Positions 8,050 to 17,370 of a DNA stretch of 38,270 nucleotides are shown here, one piece after another (the first letter of the stretch is position 1; each line of letters begins with the position of its first letter). This DNA is from a virus. Taxonomy: Duplodnaviria > Heunggongvirae > Uroviricota > Caudoviricetes. A program made the translations under genes and the position numbers. Under the pieces are notes generated by a model. It was not told the DNA's origin. It saw only the letters and a list, made by a program, of their open reading frames with translations, and did no database searches. Location of the stretch: the IMG/VR virus record IMGVR_UViG_2609459790_000001, positions 1-38,270 of that record. One strand, written 5' to 3'.

Positions 8050-8781
8050 TTAGTAATCAACTACAGACCACCAGAAAATTCTTCCGATGATCTCAATGTC
8101 ACTTAGATTCTTTTCTTCTTGTGGGTATTCCAGTGAGTTAAAGCTTCTAATGCTTACCTTGTCAGGCCCTGTTCGAAAGAGAATCTTAATGCGTTTCCAA
8201 CCGTTCTCGTTAATGGCGTAAATCTTTCCGTCAACTATTTTCTTATCGTTGGTGTTAACAGCAACTGTTGTTCCATCAGGAATGTTTGGCTCCATGCTGT
8301 TGCCACGAGCCGGAAAACAAACAACCCCGCTTCCATCACTGTTCGCGCCAACTCTGCGAAGGGTTGATTTGGAAAAGCGCAACATAAAGCCGTTGTGATC
8401 TTCATCAATCACCCGACCATCCCCGCATGCAAACTCAATATCTTTAAGGTAAGGAATTTCAACTTCATCACCTCTTAAAGGCGTTCCTCCATCCCATGGG
8501 TCCAAACACCCCCACGTGCTTTCATGAGGAATAGAAGATTTTGGATCATAAGGTTCAACTCCCTCATCACGCATTGGCCCAGTTCCATCGGAAAGCCATT
8601 CCGTACGAACTCCAAGCACTTTTGATATTTCAAAAAGTTTGCGCGTATTGCGTGTTTTTCCAGACGTAAGTTTCCAGACGCTTGGCTGAGACATGCCAAC
8701 AGCATTGCCAAGAGAAGCCTGAGTAAACCCAGCCTGATCCATCGCGTATGTAAGCCTTTGAGAAAAAGTATCTAGTTTCAT
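8050..8781 (-). CDS. cI: CI-type prophage repressor (HTH domain plus LexA-like S24 autopeptidase domain)
   Basis: 243 aa; N-terminal HTH (QASLGNAVGMSQPSVWKL), C-terminal S24 motifs GNSMEP and downstream Lys; divergent from cro. Confidence 0.9.
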   Translation of the reverse strand: MKLDTFSQRLTYAMDQAGFTQASLGNAVGMSQPSVWKLTSGKTRNTRKLFEISKVLGVRTEWLSDGTGPMRDEGVEPYDPKSSIPHESTWGCLDPWDGGTPLRGDEVEIPYLKDIEFACGDGRVIDEDHNGFMLRFSKSTLRRVGANSDGSGVVCFPARGNSMEPNIPDGTTVAVNTNDKKIVDGKIYAINENGWKRIKILFRTGPDKVSIRSFNSLEYPQEEKNLSDIEIIGRIFWWSVVDY

Positions 8782-8784
8782 TCG

Positions 8785-8860
8785 GACAACCTATAGCTAC
8801 AGCTATTATTAGTCAAATATCTAAAGCTATTTACTTTCTGAATAGCTTTGGCTATTATTC
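8785..8860. promoter_or_regulatory. Right operator/promoter region (OR, PRM/PR)
   Basis: Palindromes ATAGCTACAGCTAT and AAAGCTATT-N9-AATAGCTTT in the cI-cro intergenic region. Confidence 0.6.
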
Positions 8861-8889
8861 TTGTTGTGAATTCAGTAGGAGTTATTTTT

Positions 8890-9120
8890 ATGGTCAACAA
8901 GGCTATTAAAGCGGCTATTGACTCAGTAGGAAGTCAGCAAAAGTTAGCTGATGCCTGCGGTGTTAAGCAGCCGTCTGTATGGGCTTGGTTGCATGGGAAG
9001 AAAAGGGTATCCGCTAAAAATGCCAAGCGCATTGAAATGGCTACCAATGGAAGCATCCCTGCATACCTGATTCGCCCTGATTTATCCGATTTGTTCCCCA
9101 ATCCGAACAAAGCAGCTTAA
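8890..9120 (+). CDS. cro: Cro-like repressor (small HTH protein)
   Basis: 76 aa from the ATG at 8890 preceded by AGGAG; the track ORF begins further upstream at 8848 without a ribosome-binding site; HTH segment QQKLADACGVKQPSVWAW. Confidence 0.8.
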   Translation: MVNKAIKAAIDSVGSQQKLADACGVKQPSVWAWLHGKKRVSAKNAKRIEMATNGSIPAYLIRPDLSDLFPNPNKAA

Positions 9121-9129
9121 TAAAGCAAA

Positions 9130-9200
9130 TTTTTATACCGAACGGCCCGGTATACGGTCGGGTGCCCGGCGTGGTCAAGGATGACTGTCAATGGTGCACG
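9130..9200 (+). ncRNA. Candidate put-like cis-acting antitermination RNA element (putR-like), hypothesis only
   Basis: GC-rich structured segment CCGAACGGCCCGGTATACGGTCGGGTGCCCGGCGTGGTCAAGGATGAC between cro and cII, related to the PL-side element. Confidence 0.3.
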
Positions 9201-9239
9201 ATAAAAACCCAAATTATTTACCTATGGAGATAGTAAGAA

Positions 9240-9536
9240 ATGACACAAACAAGTTACAGCAAGCCAACACAGCGAGAAATTGATCGCGCTGAAACTGATT
9301 TACTCATCAACCTGTCAACGCTTACCCAGCGCGGTCTGGCAAAGATGATTGGCTGTCATGAATCGAAGATAAGCAGAACGGACTGGAGATTTATTGCTTC
9401 GGTCTTGTGTGCTTTCGGAATGGCATCAGACATCAGTCCGATTAGCAGGGCTTTTAAGTATGCGCTTGATGAAATCACAAAGAAAAAATCCCCGGCCGCC
9501 ACCGAGGATTTTAAGCAAATTGATATGCAATTCTGA
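9240..9536 (+). CDS. cII: CII-like transcriptional activator
   Basis: 98 aa; SKISRTDW and C-terminal [18 protein letters not shown] parallel lambda CII SQISRWKRDW and KKRPAATERSEQIQMEF. Confidence 0.85.
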   Translation: MTQTSYSKPTQREIDRAETDLLINLSTLTQRGLAKMIGCHESKISRTDWRFIASVLCAFGMASDISPISRAFKYALDEITKKKSPAATEDFKQIDMQF

Positions 9537-9568
9537 GGGAATTACTGGATCAATCCACAGGAGTCATT

Positions 9569-9715
9569 ATGACAAAACAACTCAGTCCTTACCAGGACAA
9601 AATTCACAAACACATACTACGTGATCGCTTCCTGTCCAGCTTCAAGCAGCCTGGTCGATTCCGGGCTGAGTTGGAAAAAGTGAAGCTGATGCAGAAGGAG
9701 AAAGGTCATGAGTAA
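9569..9715 (+). CDS. Hypothetical small protein between cII and O
   Basis: 48 aa ORF not in the track ([21 protein letters not shown]...); AGGAG ribosome-binding site; stop overlaps the O start (ATGA). Confidence 0.45.
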   Translation: MTKQLSPYQDKIHKHILRDRFLSSFKQPGRFRAELEKVKLMQKEKGHE

Positions 9716-10607
9716 CATATCTAATCTAGCCGAAGCCAGAGAGGCCAGAAGGCTACAACAACCGCATCAAAGCAGCGGTAAGGGGTATGCCTTGCTGCAC
9801 CGTAAAATTATGGATGTGCCGTTTTACAAGGACGCAGAAGCAGCGCATCTGTGGGTTCACTTAATCCTCAAAGCAAAGCATACGCCTGAGTATGTAATGA
9901 CTGACGCAGGAGAAATTCTGGTAGGCAGAGGGAAGCTACTTGGCGGTAGAAACTCTCTGGCGTTTGAAACAGGACTCAAACCAGATCGCGTTCAGTACCT
10001 GCTTAGAAAGTTCAAAAAACTCGGCATGATTGACTGGGTTTCACACGGTAAATTCTCAGTTTTCTCGGTAGAGAAATATGACGATTATCAGTCAAATTTT
10101 GTACCAGCAGATTACCAGCAAATTACCACCTCAAAGCCAGCAATACCAATGCCTGCAAGCAATACTGTACCAGCAGATTACCAGCAAATTACCACAGATA
10201 AAGAATATAATAATATTATCTCTAATACTGACGTATTAGAGAGTACCGCAGCAGACAAAAAGTCTGACAAGAAAAAACCTTCCGTTAGCTGTCAGGATGT
10301 TGTCGATGCTTACCACGAAATCCTTCCTGAAGCGCCAAGAATCCGCGCACTGAATGACAAGCGTAAAAACCAGATCCGAACGTTCTGGCGCAAAGCCGGA
10401 GTGATAACCCGCCAGCTTGACGGGCATGGGTTCACGATGCAGGACTGGAGAAATTATTTGAGCTACGTAGGCGAAAATTGCCGATGGATGTTCGAAGAGC
10501 GCCCAAACCATCAGCGCGGAACCGTCTGGCACAAAAAGGGATTTGATTTCCTGCTTAACGACAATACCTACCTGAAAGTTCGTGAGGGTGAACACGATGA
10601 CCGATAA
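9708..10607 (+). CDS. O: Replication initiator O (P22 gene 18-like), contains ori
   Basis: 299 aa; position after cII, internal iteron repeats encoded as duplicated [10 protein letters not shown], followed by an overlapping DnaB-type helicase gene. Confidence 0.85.
   Translation: MSNISNLAEAREARRLQQPHQSSGKGYALLHRKIMDVPFYKDAEAAHLWVHLILKAKHTPEYVMTDAGEILVGRGKLLGGRNSLAFETGLKPDRVQYLLRKFKKLGMIDWVSHGKFSVFSVEKYDDYQSNFVPADYQQITTSKPAIPMPASNTVPADYQQITTDKEYNNIISNTDVLESTAADKKSDKKKPSVSCQDVVDAYHEILPEAPRIRALNDKRKNQIRTFWRKAGVITRQLDGHGFTMQDWRNYLSYVGENCRWMFEERPNHQRGTVWHKKGFDFLLNDNTYLKVREGEHDDR
10101..10240. repeat. ori: Replication origin: direct iterons plus AT-rich segment inside O
   Basis: GTACCAGCAGATTACCAGCAAATTACCAC repeated at about 10101 and 10166, followed by AAAGAATATAATAATATTATCTCTAATACTGAC. 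Confidence 0.7.
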
Positions 10608-12033
10608 TTTTTATGCGCCGCCCCATAGCATCGAGGCAGAGCAGGCGGTGATTGGTGGATTGCTTCTGGATGATGACAGCAGTGAGCGCGTCCAGAAAGC
10701 TCTGGCGATGCTGAAGCCTGATTCATTTTACAGCCGACCACACAAAATCCTTTTCGAAGAAATAACCAGAATGCACCGGGAGCAAAAGCCAGTAGATGGC
10801 CTGACGCTTTTCGATGAACTGGAGCGTAAATCGTTAACTGCGTCTGTTGGCGGTTTTGCTTATATCGCTGAGATCGCAAAGAACACGCCAAGCGCAGCAA
10901 ACATCGTTGCCTATGCAATGCAGGTTCGTGAAACCGCAATGGAACGCTACGCCATCAACCGCATGACTGAAGCGACGGAATTGCTCTATTCCCGCAACGG
11001 AATGACTGCAACGCAGAAGTACGAAGCTATTCAGGCGATTTTCACGCAACTGACAGACCATGCAAAAACCGGATCGCGTCGCGGCCTTCGCTCATTTGGT
11101 GAGGTCATGGAAGACTGGGTTAGCGACCTTGAGAAGCGATTTGACCCGTCAGGCGAACAACGAGGAATGAGCACAGGGATCCCATCGCTGGACAGGATGC
11201 TGTCACCGAAAGGTCTGGTGAAAGGCTCTCTGTTTGTCATTGGCGCTCGCCCTAAGATGGGGAAAACGACGCTATACAGCCAGATGGCAATCAACTGCGC
11301 AGTGCATGAGAAAAAGCCCGCTCTGATGTTCAGCCTTGAAATGCCCGGTGACCAGATACTGGAAAAACTGGTAGGACAGAAGTCAGGTGTTAACCCGAAT
11401 ATTTTTTACCTTCCGGCGACAAATGACGCTGATGACGGCTATCAGGGTGATTACGATGGTGACTTCAACAGGGCGATCGAAACAGCTAATCGCTTGAGTG
11501 AAATCGACATGCTTTACATCGACGACACGCCGGGATTATCTCTGGCTCAAATCGTCAGCGAAAGCCGTCGAATCAAGCGAGAAAAAGGATGTGTTGGCAT
11601 GATTCTGGTCGATTACCTGACACTAATGACCGCTGAGAAGGCCGATCGCAACGACCTTGCTTACGGCATGATCACCAAAGGACTGAAGAACCTTGCCAAA
11701 GAGCTTGATTGCGTTGTTGTGCTTCTGACGCAGCTTAACCGCGCACTGGAAAGCAGAACCAATAAACGCCCATTACCAAGTGACTCACGAGATACAGGGC
11801 AGATTGAACAGGATTGCGATTATTGGGTCGGGATCCATCGTGAAGGCGCTTTTGATGACAGTGTTCCACCTGGTGAAACTGAACTAATCCTTCGTCTCAA
11901 TCGTCATGGCAATACCGGCACGGTGTATTGCATTCAGGCAAATGGCGCTATTTATGACACAGACCAACAGTCTGCTGAAATGCGCCGACGTGAACGCGAG
12001 GAACCGCAGTCCAAGAAGAAAGGAGGATTCTGA
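10597..12033 (+). CDS. Replicative DNA helicase, DnaB family (P22 gene 12-like)
   Basis: Walker A GARPKMGKTT, Walker B MILVDYLTLM, N-terminal DnaB-like domain HSIEAEQAVIGGLL; ATG at 10597 overlaps the O stop. Confidence 0.92.
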   Translation: MTDNFYAPPHSIEAEQAVIGGLLLDDDSSERVQKALAMLKPDSFYSRPHKILFEEITRMHREQKPVDGLTLFDELERKSLTASVGGFAYIAEIAKNTPSAANIVAYAMQVRETAMERYAINRMTEATELLYSRNGMTATQKYEAIQAIFTQLTDHAKTGSRRGLRSFGEVMEDWVSDLEKRFDPSGEQRGMSTGIPSLDRMLSPKGLVKGSLFVIGARPKMGKTTLYSQMAINCAVHEKKPALMFSLEMPGDQILEKLVGQKSGVNPNIFYLPATNDADDGYQGDYDGDFNRAIETANRLSEIDMLYIDDTPGLSLAQIVSESRRIKREKGCVGMILVDYLTLMTAEKADRNDLAYGMITKGLKNLAKELDCVVVLLTQLNRALESRTNKRPLPSDSRDTGQIEQDCDYWVGIHREGAFDDSVPPGETELILRLNRHGNTGTVYCIQANGAIYDTDQQSAEMRRREREEPQSKKKGGF

Positions 12034-12061
12034 TGACCATCTACATCACTGAGCTAATAAC

Positions 12062-12091
12062 AGGCCTGCTGGTAATCGCAGGCCTTTTTAT
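12062..12091 (+). terminator. Intrinsic terminator before the nin region (tR2-like)
   Basis: AGGCCTGC-TGGTAATC-GCAGGCCT followed by TTTTTATTT. Confidence 0.7.
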
Positions 12092-12109
12092 TTGGGGGAG
12101 AGGGAAGTC

Positions 12110-12550
12110 ATGAAAAAACTAACCTTTGAAATTCGATCTCCAGCACATCAGCAAAACGCTATTCACGCAGTACAGCAAATTCTTCCAGACCCAACCAAAC
12201 CAATCGTAGTGATCATTCAGGAGCGCAACCGCAGCTTAGACCAGAATCGGAAGCTTTGGGCTTGCCTTGGTGACGTCTCTCGTCAGGTTGAATGGCATGG
12301 TCGCTGGCTGGATGCAGAAAGCTGGAAGTGTGTGTTTACCGCAGCATTAAAGCAGCAGGACGTTGTTCCTAACCTTGCCGGGAATGGCTTTGTGGTAATA
12401 GGCCAGTCAACCAGCAGGATGCGTGTAAGCGAATTTGCGGAGCTATTAGAGCTTATACAGGCATTCGGTACAGAGCGTGGCGTTAAGTGGTCAGACGAAG
12501 CGCGACTGGCTCTGGAGTGGAAAGCAAGATGGGGAGACAGGGCGGCATGA
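12110..12550 (+). CDS. ninB: NinB (Orf-family recombination mediator)
   Basis: Translation from [31 protein letters not shown] matches lambda NinB nearly throughout. Confidence 0.92.
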   Translation: MKKLTFEIRSPAHQQNAIHAVQQILPDPTKPIVVIIQERNRSLDQNRKLWACLGDVSRQVEWHGRWLDAESWKCVFTAALKQQDVVPNLAGNGFVVIGQSTSRMRVSEFAELLELIQAFGTERGVKWSDEARLALEWKARWGDRAA

Positions 12551-12729
12551 GACGACAGCGACGAAGTATCACCGACATCATCTGCGAAAACTGCAAATAC
12601 CTTCCAACGAAGCGCTCCAGAAATAAACGCAAGCCAATCCCAAAAGAATCTGACGTAAAAACCTTCAACTACACGGCTCACCTGTGGGATATCCGGTGGC
12701 TTAGAGAACGTGCGAGGAAAACAAGGTGA
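12547..12729 (+). CDS. ninD: NinD-like small zinc-binding protein
   Basis: [32 protein letters not shown]... matches remembered lambda NinD; start overlaps the ninB stop. Confidence 0.85.
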   Translation: MRRQRRSITDIICENCKYLPTKRSRNKRKPIPKESDVKTFNYTAHLWDIRWLRERARKTR

Positions 12730-12896
12730 TTGACCAAAATCGAAGTTACGAACAAGGAAGTGTCGAGCGAGCTTTAACGTGCGCTAACTGCGGTCAGAAG
12801 CTGCATGTGCTGGAAGTTCACGTGTGTGAGCACTGCTGCGCAGAACTGATGAGCGATCCGAATAGCTCAATGTACGAGGAAGAAGATGATGGCTAA
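12726..12896 (+). CDS. ninE: NinE-like small protein
   Basis: 56 aa ORF from a GTG start ([55 protein letters not shown]) matches remembered lambda nin small protein. Confidence 0.75.
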   Translation: MIDQNRSYEQGSVERALTCANCGQKLHVLEVHVCEHCCAELMSDPNSSMYEEEDDG

Positions 12897-13455
12897 ACCA
12901 GCGCGAAGACGATGTAACCGTAAAAGAGAAGATTTAACTGTTAAAAGGATATTTGAGTTACTAAGTTTCGATAAATCTACCGGGGTATTTAGATGGAAAG
13001 TTCCCACTCAGGGAAGGATAGCATTAAATAGTGTTGCTGGAACTTTTGATTCCAACGGTTATTCAATGATCATGATAGATGGGCGTAGATATAAAACTCA
13101 CGTCTTAGTTTTTTACATAACTCATAATCGTTGGCCTGCTGGTCAAATTGACCACGTTAATGGAATTAGGACCGACAATAGGCCAGAAAATTTAAGAGAA
13201 TGCCTGCCAATAGAAAATTCAAGAAATATAAGGATCCGAAAGAATAGCAAATCAGGTTGCAGAGGAGTTACTTGGCACAAACGACAGAAAAAATGGAATG
13301 TTAGGCTAGGTTTCCATGGCAAGAGTAAACACTTCGGATGCTTTGATGATCTGGAGTTAGCGGTACTAGTTGCTGAAGAAGCCCGAGATAAGTATTACGG
13401 TGATTTTTCCGGCAACGAAAGGAGCACTTATGCGAATCTATCGAAGGAAATGTAA
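12886..13455 (+). CDS. HNH endonuclease with AP2-type domain, inserted between ninE and ninG
   Basis: 189 aa; HNH motif [22 protein letters not shown]; paralogous to the ORFs at 7210..7743 and 23913..24434; its first codons (MAKPARRRC) resemble the lambda NinG N-terminus. Confidence 0.85.
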   Translation: MMAKPARRRCNRKREDLTVKRIFELLSFDKSTGVFRWKVPTQGRIALNSVAGTFDSNGYSMIMIDGRRYKTHVLVFYITHNRWPAGQIDHVNGIRTDNRPENLRECLPIENSRNIRIRKNSKSGCRGVTWHKRQKKWNVRLGFHGKSKHFGCFDDLELAVLVAEEARDKYYGDFSGNERSTYANLSKEM

Positions 13456-14032
13456 ATGTTGCAATGAATGGTTTATACCAAAATATCAAAATCAATATTG
13501 GTGTAATGAGATTTGTGGAACCAAGATAGCACTCGAACGACGAAGTAAAGAACGCGAAAAAGCGGAAAAAGCAGCAGAGAAGAAACGACGACGAGAGGAG
13601 CAGAAACAGAAAGATAAACTTAAGATTCGAAAACTCGCCTTAAAGCCCCGCAGTTACTGGATTAAACAAGCCCAACAAGCCGTAAACGCCTTCATCAGAG
13701 AAAGAGACCGCGACTTACCATGTATTTCATGCGGAACGATCACGTCTGCTCAGTGGGATGCCGGACATTACCGGACAACTGCTGCGGCACCTCAACTCCG
13801 ATTTGATGAACGCAATATTCACAAGCAATGCGTGGTGTGCAACCAGCACAAAAGCGGAAATCTCGTTCCGTATCGCGTCGAACTGATTAATCGCATCGGG
13901 CAGGAAGCAGTAGACGAAATCGAATCAAACCATAACCGCCATCGCTGGACTGTCGAAGAGTGCAAGGCGATCAAGGCAGAGTACCAACAGAAACTCAAAG
14001 ACCTGCGAAATAGCAGAAGTGAGGCCGCATGA
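13430..14032 (+). CDS. ninG: NinG (Rap recombination-associated structure-specific endonuclease family)
   Basis: From [15 protein letters not shown] with AAAGGAG ribosome-binding site; downstream sequence [73 protein letters not shown] matches lambda NinG. Confidence 0.88.
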   Translation: MRIYRRKCKCCNEWFIPKYQNQYWCNEICGTKIALERRSKEREKAEKAAEKKRRREEQKQKDKLKIRKLALKPRSYWIKQAQQAVNAFIRERDRDLPCISCGTITSAQWDAGHYRTTAAAPQLRFDERNIHKQCVVCNQHKSGNLVPYRVELINRIGQEAVDEIESNHNRHRWTVEECKAIKAEYQQKLKDLRNSRSEAA

Positions 14033-14235
14033 CGTTCTCAGTAAAAACCATTCCAGACATGCTCGTTGAAGCATACGGAAACCAGACAGAAGTAGCACGC
14101 AGACTGAAATGTAGTCGCGGTACGGTCAGAAAATACGTTGATGATAAAGACGGGAAAATGCACGCCATCGTCAACGACGTTCTCATGGTTCATCGCGGAT
14201 GGAGTGAAAGAGATGCGCTATTACGAAAAAATTGA
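14029..14235 (+). CDS. ninH: NinH
   Basis: 68 aa [39 protein letters not shown]... matches lambda NinH. Confidence 0.85.
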   Translation: MTFSVKTIPDMLVEAYGNQTEVARRLKCSRGTVRKYVDDKDGKMHAIVNDVLMVHRGWSERDALLRKN

Positions 14236-14884
14236 TGGCAGCAAATACCGAAATATTTGGGTAGTTGGCGATCTGCACGGATGCTACACGAACCTGATGA
14301 AAAAACTGGAGACGATAGGATTCGACACCAAAAAAGACCTGCTTATCTCGGTTGGCGATTTGGTCGATCGCGGTACAGAGAACGTCGAATGCCTGGAATT
14401 AATCACATTCCCCTGGTTCAGAGCTGTACGTGGAAACCATGAGCAAATGATGATTGATGGCTTATCAGAGCGCGGAAACGTCAATCACTGGATGCTTAAT
14501 GGCGGTGGCTGGTTCTTTAATCTCGATTACGACAAAGAAATTCTGGCCAAAGCTCTTGCCCATAAAGCAGATGAACTTCCGTTAATCATCGAACTGGTGA
14601 GTAAAGGTAAAAAATATGTCATCTGCCACGCCGATTATCCTTGTGACGAATACGAGTTTGGAAAGCCAGTTGATCATCAGCAGGTAATCTGGAACCGCGA
14701 ACGAATCAGCAACTCACAAGACGGGATCGTGAAAGAAATCAAAGGAGCGGACACGTTCATCTTTGGTCATACGCCAGCAGTGAAACCACTCAAGTTTGCC
14801 AACCAGATGTATATCGATACCGGCGCAGTGTTCTGCGGAAACCTCACATTGATTCAGGTACAGGGAGAAGGCGCGTGGGCATAA
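14213..14884 (+). CDS. ninI: Ser/Thr protein phosphatase (lambda NinI / lambda PPase)
   Basis: From [29 protein letters not shown] with metallophosphatase motifs GDLHG, GDLVDRG, GNHE; matches lambda phosphatase. Confidence 0.92.
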   Translation: MRYYEKIDGSKYRNIWVVGDLHGCYTNLMKKLETIGFDTKKDLLISVGDLVDRGTENVECLELITFPWFRAVRGNHEQMMIDGLSERGNVNHWMLNGGGWFFNLDYDKEILAKALAHKADELPLIIELVSKGKKYVICHADYPCDEYEFGKPVDHQQVIWNRERISNSQDGIVKEIKGADTFIFGHTPAVKPLKFANQMYIDTGAVFCGNLTLIQVQGEGAWA

Positions 14885-15393
14885 GAGAACTAAACCTCAC
14901 CAAAGAACAGCATGAGTGGCTGAATGGCTGGCTTGAACTGTGGGGCGCATGGGTTTATTCAGGTCGTCTGGAAAAGCGCATGAGCAGCGTAATAGCGAAG
15001 TTCATGGAGAGCGTAGAGCCGGGAAGAGTTATGACAAGGCCAATGTGTAATGATGATGATGGAATGTTGATTTCTCAGGTCGTCGATTCCGTCATGTACA
15101 TTGACAAGAAAGCCTTTGGCATCCTCCTCAGCTACTACGCTCATGGTTCATCTAAGCGAGCAATTGCATCCTACTATCACGCGACTGCAAAGCCACGCAA
15201 GATGTGTGGACGTGGTGGCGAGGGATGGAGAAAACCTTCACTGGCAACCTGTAGAAACGAAATTGACGACATCCTGAAAGCGTCGTTATTTGTTTTGTAC
15301 CAGCCAATGCAAAATGCTTTCAAAATGCGTAAACGTGTTGAGAAAGTTAAGCATGTTGCTGTTAAAAGCCTTGACATGCAATTATCCATTTAG
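14875..15393 (+). CDS. Q: Late-gene antiterminator Q, non-lambda (phage 21/82-like) type
   Basis: 172 aa; position directly before PR' and the lysis cassette; WGAW ... [11 protein letters not shown] pattern of the alternative Q family; GTG start overlapping the ninI stop. Confidence 0.8.
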   Translation: MGIRELNLTKEQHEWLNGWLELWGAWVYSGRLEKRMSSVIAKFMESVEPGRVMTRPMCNDDDGMLISQVVDSVMYIDKKAFGILLSYYAHGSSKRAIASYYHATAKPRKMCGRGGEGWRKPSLATCRNEIDDILKASLFVLYQPMQNAFKMRKRVEKVKHVAVKSLDMQLSI

Positions 15394-15400
15394 CCATAAT
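15371..15400 (+). promoter_or_regulatory. Late promoter PR' (with qut region)
   Basis: TTGACA at 15371..15376 and CATAAT at 15395..15400 (18-nt spacer), at the 3' end of Q. Confidence 0.5.
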
Positions 15401-15410
15401 TAGAAGGTAA

Positions 15411-15451
15411 GCTGCCGTTAGTGACTCTTAAGTTGCAACGGTGGCTTTTTT
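15411..15451 (+). terminator. tR'-like intrinsic terminator downstream of PR'
   Basis: Imperfect hairpin GCTGCCGTT ... AACGGTGGC followed by TTTTTTT. Confidence 0.5.
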
Positions 15452-15881
15452 TGTTTGCACAACAGGTAAGAGCATTGAACCCGCAGACCTCGCGGAATTG
15501 GTGAAAGGTGCCGCGCAGTGCTCTTATCGTTGTGGTGAAGCTCAATGGCGAGCTAGCAGATAGGCGACAGTGAAAATACTAGTCATGTAGCTGACCGCCG
15601 CGCGTACTGCAATCGGCAGCGCACCGATGGAAGCCTGTTCGATTCCGGCCGCCACAACCCAAACTGAGCCGTAGCCACTGGCTATCCTGAATTCATCAGT
15701 GATAGTTACGCTGCGGCCTTCTACACATGACCTTCGTGAAAGCGGTGGCAGGAGGTTGCGCTAACAACCTCCTGCCGTTTTGCCCGTGCATATCGGTCAC
15801 GAACAAATCTGATTACTAAACACAGTAGCCTGGATTTGTTCTATCAGTAATCGACCTTATTCCTAATTAAATAGAGCAAAT

Positions 15882-15895
15882 CCCCTTATTGGGGG
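15882..15895 (+). promoter_or_regulatory. sdi-like stem-loop upstream of S controlling dual-start choice
   Basis: CCCC-TTATT-GGGG hairpin 7 nt before the MKM dual start, as in lambda S. Confidence 0.5.
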
Positions 15896-15901
15896 TAAGA
15901 C

Positions 15902-16225
15902 ATGAAGATGCCAGAAAAACATGACCTGTTAGCTGCCATTCTCGCGGCAAAGGAACAAGGCATCGGGGCAATCCTTGCGTTTGCAATGGCGTACCTTCGC
16001 GGCAGATATAATGGCGGTGCGTTTACAAAAACAGTAATCGACGCAACGATGTGCGCCATTATCGCCTGGTTCATTCGTGACCTTCTCGACCTCGCCGGAC
16101 TAAGTAGCAATCTCGCTTATATAACGAGCGTGTTCATCGGCTACATCGGTACTGACTCGATTGGTTCGCTTATCAAACGCTTCGCTGCTAAAAAAGCCGG
16201 AGTAGAAGATGGTGGAAATCAATAA
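15902..16225 (+). CDS. S: Holin/antiholin S (dual start S107/S105)
   Basis: 107 aa translation matches lambda S almost residue for residue ([44 protein letters not shown]...). Confidence 0.95.
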   Translation: MKMPEKHDLLAAILAAKEQGIGAILAFAMAYLRGRYNGGAFTKTVIDATMCAIIAWFIRDLLDLAGLSSNLAYITSVFIGYIGTDSIGSLIKRFAAKKAGVEDGGNQ

Positions 16226-16685
16226 TCAACGTAAGGCGTTCCTCGATATGCTGGCGTGGTCGGAGGGAACTGATAACGGACGTCAGAAAACCAGAAATCA
16301 TGGTTATGACGTCATTGTAGGCGGAGAGCTATTCACTGATTACTCCGATCACCCTCGCAAACTTGTCACGCTAAACCCAAAACTCAAATCAACAGCAGCA
16401 GGACGTTACCAGCTTCTTTCCCGTTGGTGGGATGCCTATCGTAAGCAGCTTGGCCTGAAAGACTTCTCTCCGAAAAGCCAGGACGCTGTGGCACTGCAAC
16501 AGATTAAAGAGCGTGGCGCTTTGCCGATGATTGATCGCGGTGATATCCGTCAGGCAATCGACCGTTGCAGCAATATCTGGGCTTCACTGCCGGGGGCTGG
16601 TTATGGCCAGTTCGAGCATAAGGCTGACAGCCTGATTGCAAAATTCAAAGAGGCTGGCGGAACGGTCAGAGAGATTGATGTATGA
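16209..16685 (+). CDS. R: Endolysin R (lytic transglycosylase)
   Basis: 158 aa translation matches lambda R ([51 protein letters not shown]...). Confidence 0.95.
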   Translation: MVEINNQRKAFLDMLAWSEGTDNGRQKTRNHGYDVIVGGELFTDYSDHPRKLVTLNPKLKSTAAGRYQLLSRWWDAYRKQLGLKDFSPKSQDAVALQQIKERGALPMIDRGDIRQAIDRCSNIWASLPGAGYGQFEHKADSLIAKFKEAGGTVREIDV

Positions 16686-17149
16686 GCAGAGTCACCGCGA
16701 TTATCTCCGCTCTGGTTATTTGCATCATCGTCTGCCTGTCATGGGCTGTTAATCATTACCGTGATAACGCCATTACCTACAAAGAGCAGCGCGATAAAAA
16801 AGTCAGTGAGCTGAAGCTGGCGAACGCCACCATTACTGACATGCAACAGCGCCAGCGTGATGCTGATGCACTCGATGCTAAATACACGAAGGAGTTAGCT
16901 GATGCGAAAGCTGAAAATGATGCTCTTCGGCGCAAGCTTGATAATGGTGGCAGGGTGCTCGTCAAAGGAAAATGCCCTATGCCATCCTCAGCCGAAACCT
17001 CCAGCGCCTCCGGCATGGGCAATGATGCCACCGTCGAACTCTCTCCAGTTGCTGGACGAAACGTTCTCGGTATCCGGGACGGAATCATCAGCGACCAAAC
17101 AGCACTGAGAACGCTTCAGGAATACATCAGGACGCAATGCCTTCGGTGA
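16682..17149 (+). CDS. Rz: i-spanin Rz, N-terminal half lambda-like with divergent C-terminal half
   Basis: N-terminal [34 protein letters not shown] matches lambda Rz; C-terminal region differs from remembered lambda Rz. Confidence 0.88.
   Translation: MSRVTAIISALVICIIVCLSWAVNHYRDNAITYKEQRDKKVSELKLANATITDMQQRQRDADALDAKYTKELADAKAENDALRRKLDNGGRVLVKGKCPMPSSAETSSASGMGNDATVELSPVAGRNVLGIRDGIISDQTALRTLQEYIRTQCLR
16902..17108 (+). CDS. Rz1: o-spanin Rz1 (lipoprotein) embedded in the +1 frame of Rz
   Basis: [21 protein letters not shown]... with lipobox and proline-rich PPAPPAW segment, fully inside Rz as in lambda. Confidence 0.8.
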   Translation: MRKLKMMLFGASLIMVAGCSSKENALCHPQPKPPAPPAWAMMPPSNSLQLLDETFSVSGTESSATKQH

Positions 17150-17324
17150 TAGCGATAATTTTACTCATCATCCTTCACATCTGGCTCTGTAGACAGGGTG
17201 ATGATCACTTCTGGAGTGAATCCAGATTAAACATCTCATTGCTGATGCTTGATATTGAGCATCTGGCGCGCAGTAAGGGGCTGCGTTGAGATAAGAGCCA
17301 GTCATTACAAACACCAGGATTTAG

Positions 17325-17348
17325 CCTCGCATTCGCGGGGTTTTTTAT
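17325..17348 (+). terminator. Intrinsic terminator after the lysis cassette
   Basis: CCTCGC-ATTC-GCGGGG followed by TTTTTTATT. Confidence 0.6.
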
Positions 17349-17370
17349 TCCCAACTCCATAGGTAATTTT

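Noticed and set aside
10101-10194. Possible CRISPR-like or tandem repeat array
   Set aside because: Only two repeat copies with no regular spacers; explained as ori iterons inside O. No CRISPR array found anywhere in the window.
10236-11294. Minus-strand ORFs antisense to O and the helicase (10236..10595, 10568..10939, 10834..11061, 11031..11294)
   Set aside because: Embedded antisense in well-supported genes; GC-rich frame artefacts.
15630-15665. tRNA-like T-loop motif (GTTCGATTCC) in the Q-to-S spacer, where Stx phages carry tRNA genes
   Set aside because: I could not build an acceptor stem, D-arm or anticodon arm around it on either strand; the surrounding sequence resembles the lambda noncoding spacer. 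Possibly a degraded remnant, not a gene.
15394-15901. Shiga toxin or other cargo genes between Q and S
   Set aside because: The interval is only about 500 bp and contains no ORF of meaningful length.
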